Shown here: positions 43,171 through 54,286 of the stretch, piece by piece | Numbering within the stretch: the first letter of the stretch is position 1 | How the letters are laid out: each line of letters starts with the position of its first letter | Source: Ignavibacteriota bacterium | GTDB lineage: Bacteria; Bacteroidota; Ignavibacteria; UBA10030 | Assembly: GCA_963701295.1 (NCBI GenBank) | Contig: OY969585.1 | Span: 2,656,001-2,720,000, forward strand | Direction: 5' to 3' | Length of the DNA stretch: 64,000 bases | Made by a program: the position numbers and the translations under genes | The notes under the pieces: model-generated | What the model was told of the DNA's origin: nothing | Database searches by the model: none | The model's input: only the letters and a program-made list of their open reading frames with translations

Positions 43171-45069
43171 ATGAATTCATTTCGGATCATCTTCGATCTG
43201 ATTGCTACAGGGAGCATTGTCTGCCTGCTAACAACCGTTGGGTACACGCAACCGCATAAACAGATCCCTATGCGCGACTTCTTTAAAAATCCTGAGAAAG
43301 CATTCTTTCAGGTGTCACCGGATGGAAACTACATCTCATTCACACAGCCATATGAGAAGCGTATGAACATCTTCATTCAGCCGCGGTCTGGTGGCGATGT
43401 GAAACGCATTACGTCAGTGACTGATCGCGATCTTGCCGATTACTTCTGGAAGGGAAACAACAGGCTGCTGTTCGTGAAGGACTTTGGCGGAGACGAAAAC
43501 TTCCACCTCTTCGCAGTCGATCGTGAGGGTAAGGAAATAAAGGATCTAACACCATTCGACAGCGTGCGTGTACAGGTGATCGACGATCTGAAGGACCACG
43601 AGAACGATGTCATCATTGGTTTGAATAAGCGGATGAAAGAAGTTTTCGACGCTTATCGGCTGAATACGGTAACCGGCGAGCTGAAGATGGTTGCGCAGAA
43701 TCCTGGGAATATCACTGGTTGGCTCACTGATCATGACGGGCGAATCCGCATAGCTACTACGACCGACGGCGTCAACACAAGCATTCTTTACCGCGAGAGC
43801 GAAAGGGATACCTTCCGAACGATTATGACGACGACATTCAAGGAGACGTTCGAACCACTCTTCTTTACATTCGACAATAAAAATCTTTATGCGGTGTCTA
43901 ACATCGGACGAGATAAAAGTGCCATCGTGACGTTCGATCTTACAAGCTTAAAAGAAACCGGCGTCCTCTTCGAGCATCCCGATGTGGATGTGGATGGTAT
44001 GAGCTATTCACGGTTTCGGAAAGTACTTACCGAGATCAGCTACGTCACGTGGAAGCTGGAACGGAAATTCCTTGATAAGGAAACAGAAAACATCTACGCA
44101 ATGCTGCAAAAGAGGTTTCCAAATTACGAGGTGTACCTGACGTTCAATAATAAGCAGGAAGATGTTTTCACTGTCCGTGTCCTGAGCGACCGTACGCTCG
44201 GTTGGTACTACTTGTACGAAAAGAAAACAGACAAACTCACAAAGCTCGCTGACCGGAATCCATGGCTTAAGGAAGAAGACCTTGCAGAGATGAAACCAAT
44301 CGAATTCAAATCACGCGATGGACTCATCATCCATGGTTACTTGACAGTGCCCAAGGGTGCTAAGCCGAAGGGTCTGCCAGTCGTGGTGAATCCGCATGGT
44401 GGTCCCTGGGCACGCGATGAGTGGGGCTTCAATCCGGAAGTACAATTTCTGGCGAACCGTGGCTACGCTGTACTTCAAATGAACTTCCGCGGCTCAACGG
44501 GGTACGGACGGAAATTCTGGGAAATATCGTTCAAGCAGTGGGGCAAGACGATGCAGAACGACATCAGCGACGGCGTGAAATGGCTTATCGATCAGGGGAT
44601 CGCTGACCCGCAACGCGTCGCCATCTACGGTGGAAGCTACGGTGGGTACGCCACGCTGGCTGGACTGACGTTCTCGCCAGAGCTGTACGCTTGTGGCGTC
44701 GATTATGTTGGTGTCTCGAATCTCTTTACGTTCATGAAGACCATCCCGCCATATTGGAAACCATACCTCGATATGTTTCACGAAATGGTTGGTGATCCAC
44801 AAAAGGACAGTACGCTGCTTGCCTCAGCATCGCCCGTCTTCCACGTCGATAACATAAAGGTGCCACTACTTGTTGCACAAGGTGCCAAGGATCCACGCGT
44901 CAATATCAATGAATCGAATCAGATCGTCGATGCGCTAAAGAAGAAGGGCATCGATGTCTCGTATATGGTCAAGGAAAACGAAGGACACGGATTCCACAAC
45001 GAAGAGAACCGGTTCGACTTCTACGAAGCAATGGAGAAGTTTCTGGCAAAACATTTGATGACGCATTAA
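43171..45069 (+). CDS. S9 family prolyl oligopeptidase / acylaminoacyl peptidase
   Basis: HGGPW, NFRGSTGYG, GGSYGG nucleophile, DPRV, EGHGF; AGGAGG RBS. Confidence 0.95.
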   Translation: MNSFRIIFDLIATGSIVCLLTTVGYTQPHKQIPMRDFFKNPEKAFFQVSPDGNYISFTQPYEKRMNIFIQPRSGGDVKRITSVTDRDLADYFWKGNNRLLFVKDFGGDENFHLFAVDREGKEIKDLTPFDSVRVQVIDDLKDHENDVIIGLNKRMKEVFDAYRLNTVTGELKMVAQNPGNITGWLTDHDGRIRIATTTDGVNTSILYRESERDTFRTIMTTTFKETFEPLFFTFDNKNLYAVSNIGRDKSAIVTFDLTSLKETGVLFEHPDVDVDGMSYSRFRKVLTEISYVTWKLERKFLDKETENIYAMLQKRFPNYEVYLTFNNKQEDVFTVRVLSDRTLGWYYLYEKKTDKLTKLADRNPWLKEEDLAEMKPIEFKSRDGLIIHGYLTVPKGAKPKGLPVVVNPHGGPWARDEWGFNPEVQFLANRGYAVLQMNFRGSTGYGRKFWEISFKQWGKTMQNDISDGVKWLIDQGIADPQRVAIYGGSYGGYATLAGLTFSPELYACGVDYVGVSNLFTFMKTIPPYWKPYLDMFHEMVGDPQKDSTLLASASPVFHVDNIKVPLLVAQGAKDPRVNINESNQIVDALKKKGIDVSYMVKENEGHGFHNEENRFDFYEAMEKFLAKHLMTH

Positions 45070-45344
45070 GAAATTAGAAAAGGTTTCATTGTCAAGGAGT
45101 GACATCACTCCATTTGTGAAGCAGTTTTTCAATAAGGAATCGTGGACCTTAGATAAAAGCATCAGTCTATATATGGCACAGTTGAGCAATTTATGGTGCA
45201 AGAAGTGTTTGACATGCAAAAGAACGAAACTCGCGTTGCAAGAGAATTGCATTGCTTGTTCCACCGTTTTGCTCATAAAGAACTTGCAGTTTGATAGTTT
45301 GCAAAACGGTTACATAATACGCGTACACATTATATTCCATAAGC

Positions 45345-45460
45345 AGTGACGGAAAAGAATAAGTTAAACGGAGTGACGACGAAGAAAGGCTCAAAGTTGG
45401 AAGGGAGAAGTCCACCTGAAAATTTAGAACGGAAGGCGGCTTTGAGCTGTCTTTTTTATT
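45345..45460 (+). ncRNA. Candidate small RNA with four ANGGA motifs closed by a terminator-like stem
   Basis: ACGGA at 45349, 45368 and 45429; AGGGA at 45402; stem 45388-45398/45438-45448 followed by a T tract. Confidence 0.35.
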
Positions 45461-45524
45461 TGGTGAAAGTAGCATAGGGTTTCATTGTAACTGCTTTCCG
45501 GTTTTTGTATATTGACAGAAGAAA

Positions 45525-46535
45525 ATGCGTATCGGCAAGATAAATATAGAAAAACCCCTCCTTTTAGCTCCAATGGAAGATGTAACGGATCAAGCATTTC
45601 GCATTGTTTGTAAGCGGCTTGGCGCAGATATTGTTTATACTGAATTTGTGAATTCCGAAGGGCTTGTCCGGAATTCCGAAAAGACAAAGAAGAAGATGAA
45701 TTTTCGGGATGAAGAGCGTCCATTTGGAATCCAAATCTATGGCGGGGAAGAGTCTTCGATGGAAGGTGCAGCACGCATCGCTGAAAGCCTCGAACCGGAT
45801 ATTATCGATGTCAACTGTGGCTGCTGGGTGCGAAACGTCGTAGGATCTGGCGCCGGTTCGGGTCTGCTTCGCGATATGCCAAAGATGGAACGCATTGTTT
45901 CCGCGATCGTGAAGACTGTAAGAATCCCTGTAACAGTAAAAACACGAATTGGCTGGGATGCCGAATCAATTAATATCGTTGATATTGCAAAGATGGTTGA
46001 ACAAACCGGTGCAGCAGCAATGACGATTCATTGCCGGACTCGGTCGCAGGCTCATAAAGGTGAACCGGATTTTTCATGGATACCGAAAGCGAAATCAGCG
46101 GTCTCAATTCCGATTATTGCTAATGGTTCACTTGAAACACAGGAAAAGATTCAAGACGTCTTTCAGGAAACAGGCTGCGATGGAGTGATGATTGGGCGCG
46201 GTGCCATAGATAATCCCTGGATATTCAAGCAGGCGAAATACTTTCTGAGCACAGGAATGCTTCAATCAAGTCCCACCATTGAAGAACGTTTCCGCCTGCT
46301 CATGGAACACTTACAACTGTCTGTTGAGTGTAAGGGTGAACGGAAAGGAGTTATTGAATTCCGAAAGCACTACACCGGATACCTGAAAGGATTGTACGGT
46401 GCATCAAAAGTGCGTCAGGAAATGATGATGTATGTTGAATTAGAGCCGACGATGGCTCGACTTTTAAAATATCGCGCTGAACTTCTTTCACACTTCGTCG
46501 TACAATTAAATTCCGGTCGCGTAGAAGCTGCGTGA
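45525..46535 (+). CDS. dusB: tRNA-dihydrouridine synthase DusB
   Basis: LAPMEDVTD, DVNCGC, VTVKTRIGW, H.RT, ANG, GVMIGRG. Confidence 0.92.
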   Translation: MRIGKINIEKPLLLAPMEDVTDQAFRIVCKRLGADIVYTEFVNSEGLVRNSEKTKKKMNFRDEERPFGIQIYGGEESSMEGAARIAESLEPDIIDVNCGCWVRNVVGSGAGSGLLRDMPKMERIVSAIVKTVRIPVTVKTRIGWDAESINIVDIAKMVEQTGAAAMTIHCRTRSQAHKGEPDFSWIPKAKSAVSIPIIANGSLETQEKIQDVFQETGCDGVMIGRGAIDNPWIFKQAKYFLSTGMLQSSPTIEERFRLLMEHLQLSVECKGERKGVIEFRKHYTGYLKGLYGASKVRQEMMMYVELEPTMARLLKYRAELLSHFVVQLNSGRVEAA

Positions 46536-46544
46536 GGAGAAGCA

Positions 46545-48290
46545 ATGGATAAAAAACAAATTGCAGAAATTCTTGATGAAATGGGAACTCTGCTCGAGTT
46601 AAAGGGCGAGAATCCATTTCGTTCACGCGCATTTCATAATGCATCTCAGATTATCTCCGGAGTAACGGATGACCTGTCCACTCTCGTTGAATCTCAATCT
46701 CTTACAGAAATCAAAGGAATAGGAAGCGGCATAGCTGGAATCATCACTGATTTAGTAAAGAAAGGAGTTTCAAAAAATTACGAAGAGTTACGTTCTTCTA
46801 TTCCAAAGGGTGTTCTAGAACTTCTTCACCTTCAGGGTTTGGGGCCGAAAAAAGTAAAAATTCTGTATGAAAAAATGAACATTAAATCTATAGCGGAACT
46901 TAAAAAGGCATGTGAACAGAAGCTTCTTCAACCCGTTGATGGATTTGGTACAAAGACAGAAGAAAATATTCTTAAAAGCATCGAGCAACGAGAACGGACC
47001 AGCAACAAACATCTCTATCCACAAGCACTCGAATCCGCGGAGAAAATTATCCGGATGTTGAAGAATATTCATGGAATTAAGCACTGCAACTACGCAGGCA
47101 GCCTTCGCAGGTGCAAAGAGTTGATAGGTGACATTGATATTCTGGTGAGTTCGGCAGATAAAAACCGTCCGGAAATATTGAAGAAATTTATCGGATACGA
47201 AGAAGTAGAATCTGTTCTTGGTACAGGAGACACAAAGGCAAGTGTTGTGTTAAAGAATGGAATTCAGTGCGATCTTCGTCTTGTAAGAGATGCGGAATAT
47301 CCTTTTGCATTGAATTATTTCACGGGATGCAAAGAACACAATGTAGAACTGCGATCGCTGGCTCGAAAATATGGCTGGAGTCTCAATGAATATGGTTTTA
47401 CTCACATCGAAGAGATTAATTCATCTCGAAAAAGTAAACACATTCCTTCCTGTGACAACGAGGAAGATATCTATAAGGCGCTCGGACTTCATTATATCCC
47501 GCCAGAGCTGAGGGAAAAAACGGGCGAGATAGAGTATGCCCAGAAATATGTCATCCCAAAGTTAATTGAGCTAAGCGACCTTCGTGGAACATTTCATTGT
47601 CATACGACCGACAGCGACGGCCTGAGCACACTTGAGCAAATAGTTGAAGCTGCGAAGAAGTTAGAATGGGAATATCTTGGAATCGCGGATCATAGTCAGG
47701 CAGCACCGTATGCTGGCGGATTGTCACCTGAAAAAGTCCATGCGCAAATAAAACATATTGATAGAATGAACCAAAAAAATGCAAACTTTCGTGTATTCAA
47801 AGGGACAGAATGCGACATTCTTTCTGATGGCTCCCTGGATTACACTGATAAACTCCTCTCCGAGTTCGATTATGTTGTTGTTTCCATCCATAGCAAGTTT
47901 AAAATGACTGAAGATGAAGCAACAAAGCGCATCATAAAAGCATTAAAGAACAAATACGTGACCATCCTTGGTCATCCGACCGGCAGGCTTCTTCTTGAGC
48001 GTGAAGGATATCCGATCAATACGAATGAAATTATCAAAGTTGCTGCTGATTATGGAAAGGCGATTGAGATCAATGCTCATCCAAAGCGGCTCGATTTAGA
48101 TTGGCGATATGTGAAGTATGCAAAAGAGAAAGGTGTCCGCATCTTTATCAATCCGGACGCCCATCATGTGGATGGCCTCAGCGATATCCAATACGGCGTT
48201 GGAATTGCACGTAAAGGCTGGCTTGAAGCAAAAGACGTCGTTAATACATGGCCCACCCGGCGAGTTATTCATTTTCTGGAACATAAGTAA
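46545..48290 (+). CDS. polX: DNA polymerase X / PHP 3'-5' exonuclease
   Basis: GSLRR...GDIDIL, CDLR, YFTG; PHP motifs HCHT, DHS, HPTGR, DAH. Confidence 0.95.
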   Translation: MDKKQIAEILDEMGTLLELKGENPFRSRAFHNASQIISGVTDDLSTLVESQSLTEIKGIGSGIAGIITDLVKKGVSKNYEELRSSIPKGVLELLHLQGLGPKKVKILYEKMNIKSIAELKKACEQKLLQPVDGFGTKTEENILKSIEQRERTSNKHLYPQALESAEKIIRMLKNIHGIKHCNYAGSLRRCKELIGDIDILVSSADKNRPEILKKFIGYEEVESVLGTGDTKASVVLKNGIQCDLRLVRDAEYPFALNYFTGCKEHNVELRSLARKYGWSLNEYGFTHIEEINSSRKSKHIPSCDNEEDIYKALGLHYIPPELREKTGEIEYAQKYVIPKLIELSDLRGTFHCHTTDSDGLSTLEQIVEAAKKLEWEYLGIADHSQAAPYAGGLSPEKVHAQIKHIDRMNQKNANFRVFKGTECDILSDGSLDYTDKLLSEFDYVVVSIHSKFKMTEDEATKRIIKALKNKYVTILGHPTGRLLLEREGYPINTNEIIKVAADYGKAIEINAHPKRLDLDWRYVKYAKEKGVRIFINPDAHHVDGLSDIQYGVGIARKGWLEAKDVVNTWPTRRVIHFLEHK

Positions 48291-48305
48291 CGAAGGGGCA
48301 AATCA

Positions 48306-49238
48306 ATGAGTATCTACAACGTATTATCTTTCGAAATACCGATTATAGCCTATTCGGTGCTCCACCAGCATAAGAAGACGGTAACAGCGAAGGAATATGC
48401 AAGATCATTGCATGGTCTTAGATCTGAATTGAATAAAGAGAGCGAGCGAATAAAATCGGCATGGGAGAATCATATTTCAGATCTGACTGCGAAGACTGTC
48501 CAGGCAACGCGTGGGAATCTATCGCAGTTTCTTTCTACACCGATACAGTCGGATACAGGTGAAATTCAAAAAATTATGAAAGATCAAATTATACAGACCT
48601 CAGAGCAGTTACTGCCGAATATCCATTATGGATTAGCTGACGGATACGATGCAAGATATCTCATAGAAACCAAGCAAAGTGAAATACCAAAATCACGAAT
48701 TGCCGAAGGAAGGTCTTTCATGCAAAAGACCGGTTTTAAAATGGGGAAAAAAAGCGCATCTATCTTTGAGTCTCTCTATATCGTTCAAGGCGGCTCAAAC
48801 ATGGACATTTTAGAGAATATGGTGAGGAATGGTATAGGAATCTATAATTCAGCTCATGAAAAGAAGGCAAGCGAATTCGAGACGATGGCATGCTCGATCT
48901 ACAATCTTCTATTCTCAGATGGAGTTTCCTATAGTAGCTCAGATCGATTTGAGTTGCAAGTGAATTTTATTAAGGGGAAAGAGTCTTATGATGTATTTCA
49001 TAAGGAATTAGGCGAGTCAATTAAATATTTTCGGATGGAAATACATCATCTCAATGTCTCTGTCTGGCAGCGTAAACTTGGATTGGGAATAGGGGATGAA
49101 TATGTGCTTCGAATCTTAACTAAAGACAGATTCACTCTACGTGCTGCCGTTGCAGTGACTCAGAAGTTTTCGAAGGATAGGCATCTCGTTGCAACTGCTA
49201 TTCGCGGAGGAACTTGGCTGACAAAGGAAATGATCTAA
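48306..49238 (+). CDS. Hypothetical protein
   Basis: 310-aa ORF tightly packed between polX and nth with an AGGGG RBS; no motif recognised. Confidence 0.7.
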   Translation: MSIYNVLSFEIPIIAYSVLHQHKKTVTAKEYARSLHGLRSELNKESERIKSAWENHISDLTAKTVQATRGNLSQFLSTPIQSDTGEIQKIMKDQIIQTSEQLLPNIHYGLADGYDARYLIETKQSEIPKSRIAEGRSFMQKTGFKMGKKSASIFESLYIVQGGSNMDILENMVRNGIGIYNSAHEKKASEFETMACSIYNLLFSDGVSYSSSDRFELQVNFIKGKESYDVFHKELGESIKYFRMEIHHLNVSVWQRKLGLGIGDEYVLRILTKDRFTLRAAVAVTQKFSKDRHLVATAIRGGTWLTKEMI

Positions 49239-49254
49239 TTTCTGAGGCAATTGC

Positions 49255-49905
49255 ATGAAGAGAATTAAAAAAGACGATATAATCAAACGAACGTCTTGGA
49301 TTATTTCGCGTCTGAAGAAAGAATTTCCACAAGCTCGTACTGCTCTTGTATTCGCTGATCCTTTGCAGCTTCTTGTATCAACCATACTTTCTGCTCAATG
49401 CACAGATGTAAGAGTTAACTTGGTCACACCGGCATTGTTTGCTAAGTACCGGCATGCTAAGGATTTCGCAGTAGCTGATAGAAGTGAATTAGAGGATGAA
49501 ATTAAGTCTACTGGATTCTATCGAATGAAAGCAAGGCATATTATGGAGTCTTGCGCTGCAATAGTCGATCGCTTTCAAGGTCAAGTACCACAAACAATGG
49601 ATGAGTTAATGTCGCTACCAGGAGTGGGGAGGAAAACAGCAAATTGTGTTCTTGGTGGAGCGTACGGCATACAAAGTGGAATTGTTGTGGATACTCATGT
49701 AATACGGATATCAAATCGACTCGGACTAACTCAGAACGAATCTCCGGAGAAAATAGAACAGGACCTAATGGAGCTAGTTCCAAAGAAAGAATGGTATCAA
49801 TTCAGCAATCTTCTTATTCTTCATGGACGGAAAATCTGCAATGCCCGAAAACCGATCTGCGAACAATGCGTTTTGTTGAAAAATTGTCCATCAGCATCAG
49901 TGTAG
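49255..49905 (+). CDS. nth: Endonuclease III
   Basis: LSAQCTD, LPGVGRKTA HhH, VDTHV, C-x6-C-x2-C-x5-C Fe-S motif. Confidence 0.97.
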   Translation: MKRIKKDDIIKRTSWIISRLKKEFPQARTALVFADPLQLLVSTILSAQCTDVRVNLVTPALFAKYRHAKDFAVADRSELEDEIKSTGFYRMKARHIMESCAAIVDRFQGQVPQTMDELMSLPGVGRKTANCVLGGAYGIQSGIVVDTHVIRISNRLGLTQNESPEKIEQDLMELVPKKEWYQFSNLLILHGRKICNARKPICEQCVLLKNCPSASV

Positions 49906-49924
49906 TTAAGAGGTTGTCTAAGAG

Positions 49925-50680
49925 TTTGGTGTACTATGGTAGTTGAAATCTTTAGTTTTCGTTCCGTTCGATACCTTATCTAAAAAAAGTGACTTCAATA
50001 TTTTATAACAATCTCCAAGAAAATAATGCTTCACAGATGTTTTATGTAATTTGTCATAACATAAGGAGTACAAATGAATTATTCTGATGCTTTGAATCTC
50101 ATGCATGAATATACAAAAAGCGATGCTTTGCGAAAACATATGTATGCTGTTGAAGCCGCTATGAGAGCGTATGCTCGAAAGTATGGCGCGGATGAAGAGA
50201 AGTGGGCAATTGTCGGTGTTTTGCATGATTTCGATTATGAAATGTATCCAACAATACCGGATCATCCTCTAAAAGGATCCGAGATTCTTAAGTCGAAGGA
50301 ATATCCGGATGATATTCGAAATGCAATTTTAGGTCACGCGAGTTTTAGTAATGTCTCAAGAGAAACAATTATGGGAAAAGTTCTTTATGCTTGTGACGAG
50401 CTCTGCGGTTTCATCTCGGCTGTAGCTATAATCCGTCCGAACAAGATAGCTGATCTTGAAGTCTCTTCGGTCAAGAAAAAACTCAAAGATAAAGCCTTTG
50501 CAAAGAATGTAAGTAGGAGGGATATTAACTTAGGAATAGAGGAGTTAGGCGTTCCATTTGAAGAACATATTAAGTTCGTTATTGAGGCGATGAAGGGAGA
50601 TGCCGAAAGACTTGAATTGAAACCATGATCATTACTTTAAATGATTTGGTATTCTTGGGTAGTCGAAATCTTCAGCTTTC
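49925..50680 (+). repeat. Diverged 36-bp direct repeats (49925-49960 and 50645-50680) flanking the HD gene
   Basis: TTTGGTGTACTATGGTAGTTGAAATCTTTAGTTTTC versus TTTGGTATTCTTGGGTAGTCGAAATCTTCAGCTTTC; 29/36 identical. Confidence 0.6.
50074..50628 (+). CDS. HD-domain (HDIG-type) hydrolase
   Basis: LRKHM.AVE, LHDFDYE, H...G, ACDELCG; AAGGAG RBS. Confidence 0.9.
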   Translation: MNYSDALNLMHEYTKSDALRKHMYAVEAAMRAYARKYGADEEKWAIVGVLHDFDYEMYPTIPDHPLKGSEILKSKEYPDDIRNAILGHASFSNVSRETIMGKVLYACDELCGFISAVAIIRPNKIADLEVSSVKKKLKDKAFAKNVSRRDINLGIEELGVPFEEHIKFVIEAMKGDAERLELKP

Positions 50681-50732
50681 ATGTCTTGACATTCCATAGT
50701 ACGCATACCGAAGTTTGCGACTACCATTATTG

Positions 50733-52172
<1,440 letters not shown>

Positions 52173-52200
52173 TCAATTTATATCCAAGTTATACGTTTTC

Positions 52201-52229
52201 TTGCATTTCTTTGCTTGTTCACCTATCTT
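52201..52229 (+). promoter_or_regulatory. Sigma70-type promoter
   Basis: TTGCAT-N17-TATCTT upstream of the glcD-like remnant and rhomboid gene. Confidence 0.5.
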
Positions 52230-52239
52230 TTCATTACAT

Positions 52240-52410
52240 ATGATTGATTCATCGACATGATCGAAACTTAAATCAATTGTTGGTCGGGATAATTATTTTG
52301 ATTCGCATGAATACAAACTCGTGTATTCCTATAATGAAACGCCTTTAAAGAATCTTGAACAGATCAAAAAAGTTCTTGATTCTGGTGTGGGGCATTTACC
52401 TGAATTTTAG
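52240..52410 (+). pseudogene. Internally deleted remnant of a GlcD-like FAD-linked oxidase
   Basis: Reads MIDSST*SKLKSIVGRDNYFDSHEYKLVYSYNETP then LEQIKKVLD, resembling the N- and C-termini of GlcD-type proteins. Confidence 0.5.
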
Positions 52411-52427
52411 CAACAATAGGTTGAACA

Positions 52428-53099
52428 ATGATACCATTAAAAGATAGAATTCCTCGAAGACGCTTTCCTATCATTACCATTCTTCTGATTGCTGTGAATA
52501 TTCTTGTCTTCTTTTACGAGTTATCGCTTGGTGTAAAATTAGAAGGATTCTTTTACCACTTCAGTGTAATCCCAAATCATATATATCAAGCTCTTCATGC
52601 TGAAGTATTTAGACCATTTGTTTTTATTACTTTGATTACATCATTATTTATGCACGAAGGTTGGCTGCACCTTGGCGGCAATATGCTTTATCTCTGGATT
52701 TTTGGTGATAATGTGGAGGACAAACTTGGTCATATTCGATTTCTCGTTTTCTATCTTCTTTGTGGAATCGCTGCATCAGCACTCCATTTTTATTTTGAGC
52801 CGACTTCAAATACTCCAACTATTGGAGCGAGCGGAGCTATCTCCGGCATACTTGGTGCGTATATTCTCATGTTTCCAAAAGCACGAATTCTAACATTAAT
52901 TCCTATTTTTATATTTATTAAAATAATGGAACTGCCTGCATATATTATACTTGGTCTATGGTTTGTACTGCAATTTCTTAATGGTCTGTTGTCATTGAGA
53001 TATGCGGCTGCAGGCATGGGTGGAGTTGCATGGTGGGCACATATAGGTGGATTTATTGCTGGGCTGTCGCTTGTGATTCCATTCAGGAAGTATCGATAA
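52428..53099 (+). CDS. Rhomboid intramembrane serine protease
   Basis: MIPLKD, FMH.GWLHLGGNM, GASG, WWAHIGG. Confidence 0.95.
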   Translation: MIPLKDRIPRRRFPIITILLIAVNILVFFYELSLGVKLEGFFYHFSVIPNHIYQALHAEVFRPFVFITLITSLFMHEGWLHLGGNMLYLWIFGDNVEDKLGHIRFLVFYLLCGIAASALHFYFEPTSNTPTIGASGAISGILGAYILMFPKARILTLIPIFIFIKIMELPAYIILGLWFVLQFLNGLLSLRYAAAGMGGVAWWAHIGGFIAGLSLVIPFRKYR

Positions 53100-53375
53100 A
53101 CCTACGATGTAGCAAAATGGAGGTAGGCGTGATTTATAGGAATCGATATTTCAAGCGATGATTTACTTAAATTGCATTCATTATGGACTATACTTTCCAA
53201 ACTGTTCTACATATTCACTTATTATGGTCTTTAATGATCATCACCGTGTGGACTTATTCGGTTAATCTAGGTAGTTGCTGAAGGAACGTTATGTGTTTTA
53301 TTTGAAGATTTGAAAGAGTATTTTGTAGAGAACCAAACTTTAACATCTTCACTAAGCTATGAAAGAAGGAATACT

Positions 53376-54212
53376 GTGAAAAAAAAGACACCTCCCAAAG
53401 CATATCTTAATCTTGAATTCCTTAATAGTCCGAGTGCCCGTCCAATTCGCTTGCTTTCTGAACTCCTTGAGCCGCAGCAGCAACTTCGACGGGAAGGAGT
53501 AAAAGACACCATCGTTTTTTTTGGCTCTGCAAGGTTTAAATCTAAAATGCAATGTAGTAAATTGTTAAAGGATCTAACAATAAAGCTAAGGGAATCAAAG
53601 ATAAAACATGAAAATATTCAACAGTTGATAGAAGATGCAAAAGCTGATTATCAAATGTCTCAATTCTATGAAGATGCTGTCCGGCTCTCAAAAAAGCTTA
53701 CTCAATGGGCGCAGACTCTGCAACAACCATTTAGATTCGTTGTTTGTTCGGGCGGTGGTCCAGGCATTATGGAAGCAGCGAACAAAGGAGCAGCTTTAGC
53801 GAAAGGAAGATCTATCGGGTTTAATGTAAGTCTTCCTTTTGAGCAGATTGCCAATCCTTATATCACACCAGAGTTGAATTTTGAATTCCATTACTTCTTT
53901 ATGCGAAAATTCTGGTTCGTGTATTTAGCCAAGGCATTCGTGATGTTTCCTGGTGGTTTTGGGACGATGGATGAATTAATGGAGGTGCTAACACTTGTAC
54001 AAACACAAAAACTTAGGAAGAAAGTGACTATTCTTCTGTATGGAAAAAAGTTTTGGAATGAAGTATTGAATTTTGATGCCTTGATGAAGCATAGAGTTAT
54101 TAATCTTGAGGATCTTAAGTTATTTCACATTGTTGACACACCTGAAGAAGCATTTACTCATCTCGTAAAGGAATTGCGGTTAAATTATCCATTAGAAACA
54201 GCATCATCTTGA
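53376..54212 (+). CDS. LOG family protein (TIGR00730-like)
   Basis: FFGSAR, SGGGPGIMEA, FHYFFMRK, PGGFGTMDE. GTG start after AGAAGGA is probable. Confidence 0.92.
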   Translation: MKKKTPPKAYLNLEFLNSPSARPIRLLSELLEPQQQLRREGVKDTIVFFGSARFKSKMQCSKLLKDLTIKLRESKIKHENIQQLIEDAKADYQMSQFYEDAVRLSKKLTQWAQTLQQPFRFVVCSGGGPGIMEAANKGAALAKGRSIGFNVSLPFEQIANPYITPELNFEFHYFFMRKFWFVYLAKAFVMFPGGFGTMDELMEVLTLVQTQKLRKKVTILLYGKKFWNEVLNFDALMKHRVINLEDLKLFHIVDTPEEAFTHLVKELRLNYPLETASS

Positions 54213-54286
54213 TATAATTGTAAAATTTGGATTTACCGACTGCATTTCATATATTTATTACAAGCTTCAGTTCGATATTCTTTGTT

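Noticed and set aside
45174-45190. Possible sigma54 promoter TGGCACAGTTGAGCA
   Set aside because: GG-to-GC spacing is 9 nt rather than the strict 10, and the TTGC element is absent.
45089-45475. 86-113 aa ORFs in the S9-dusB gap
   Set aside because: No RBS or recognisable motifs, mutually overlapping, and better explained as regulatory or sRNA sequence.
52258-52260. In-frame TGA as selenocysteine
   Set aside because: No SECIS-like hairpin or redox motif; the context is a decayed gene.
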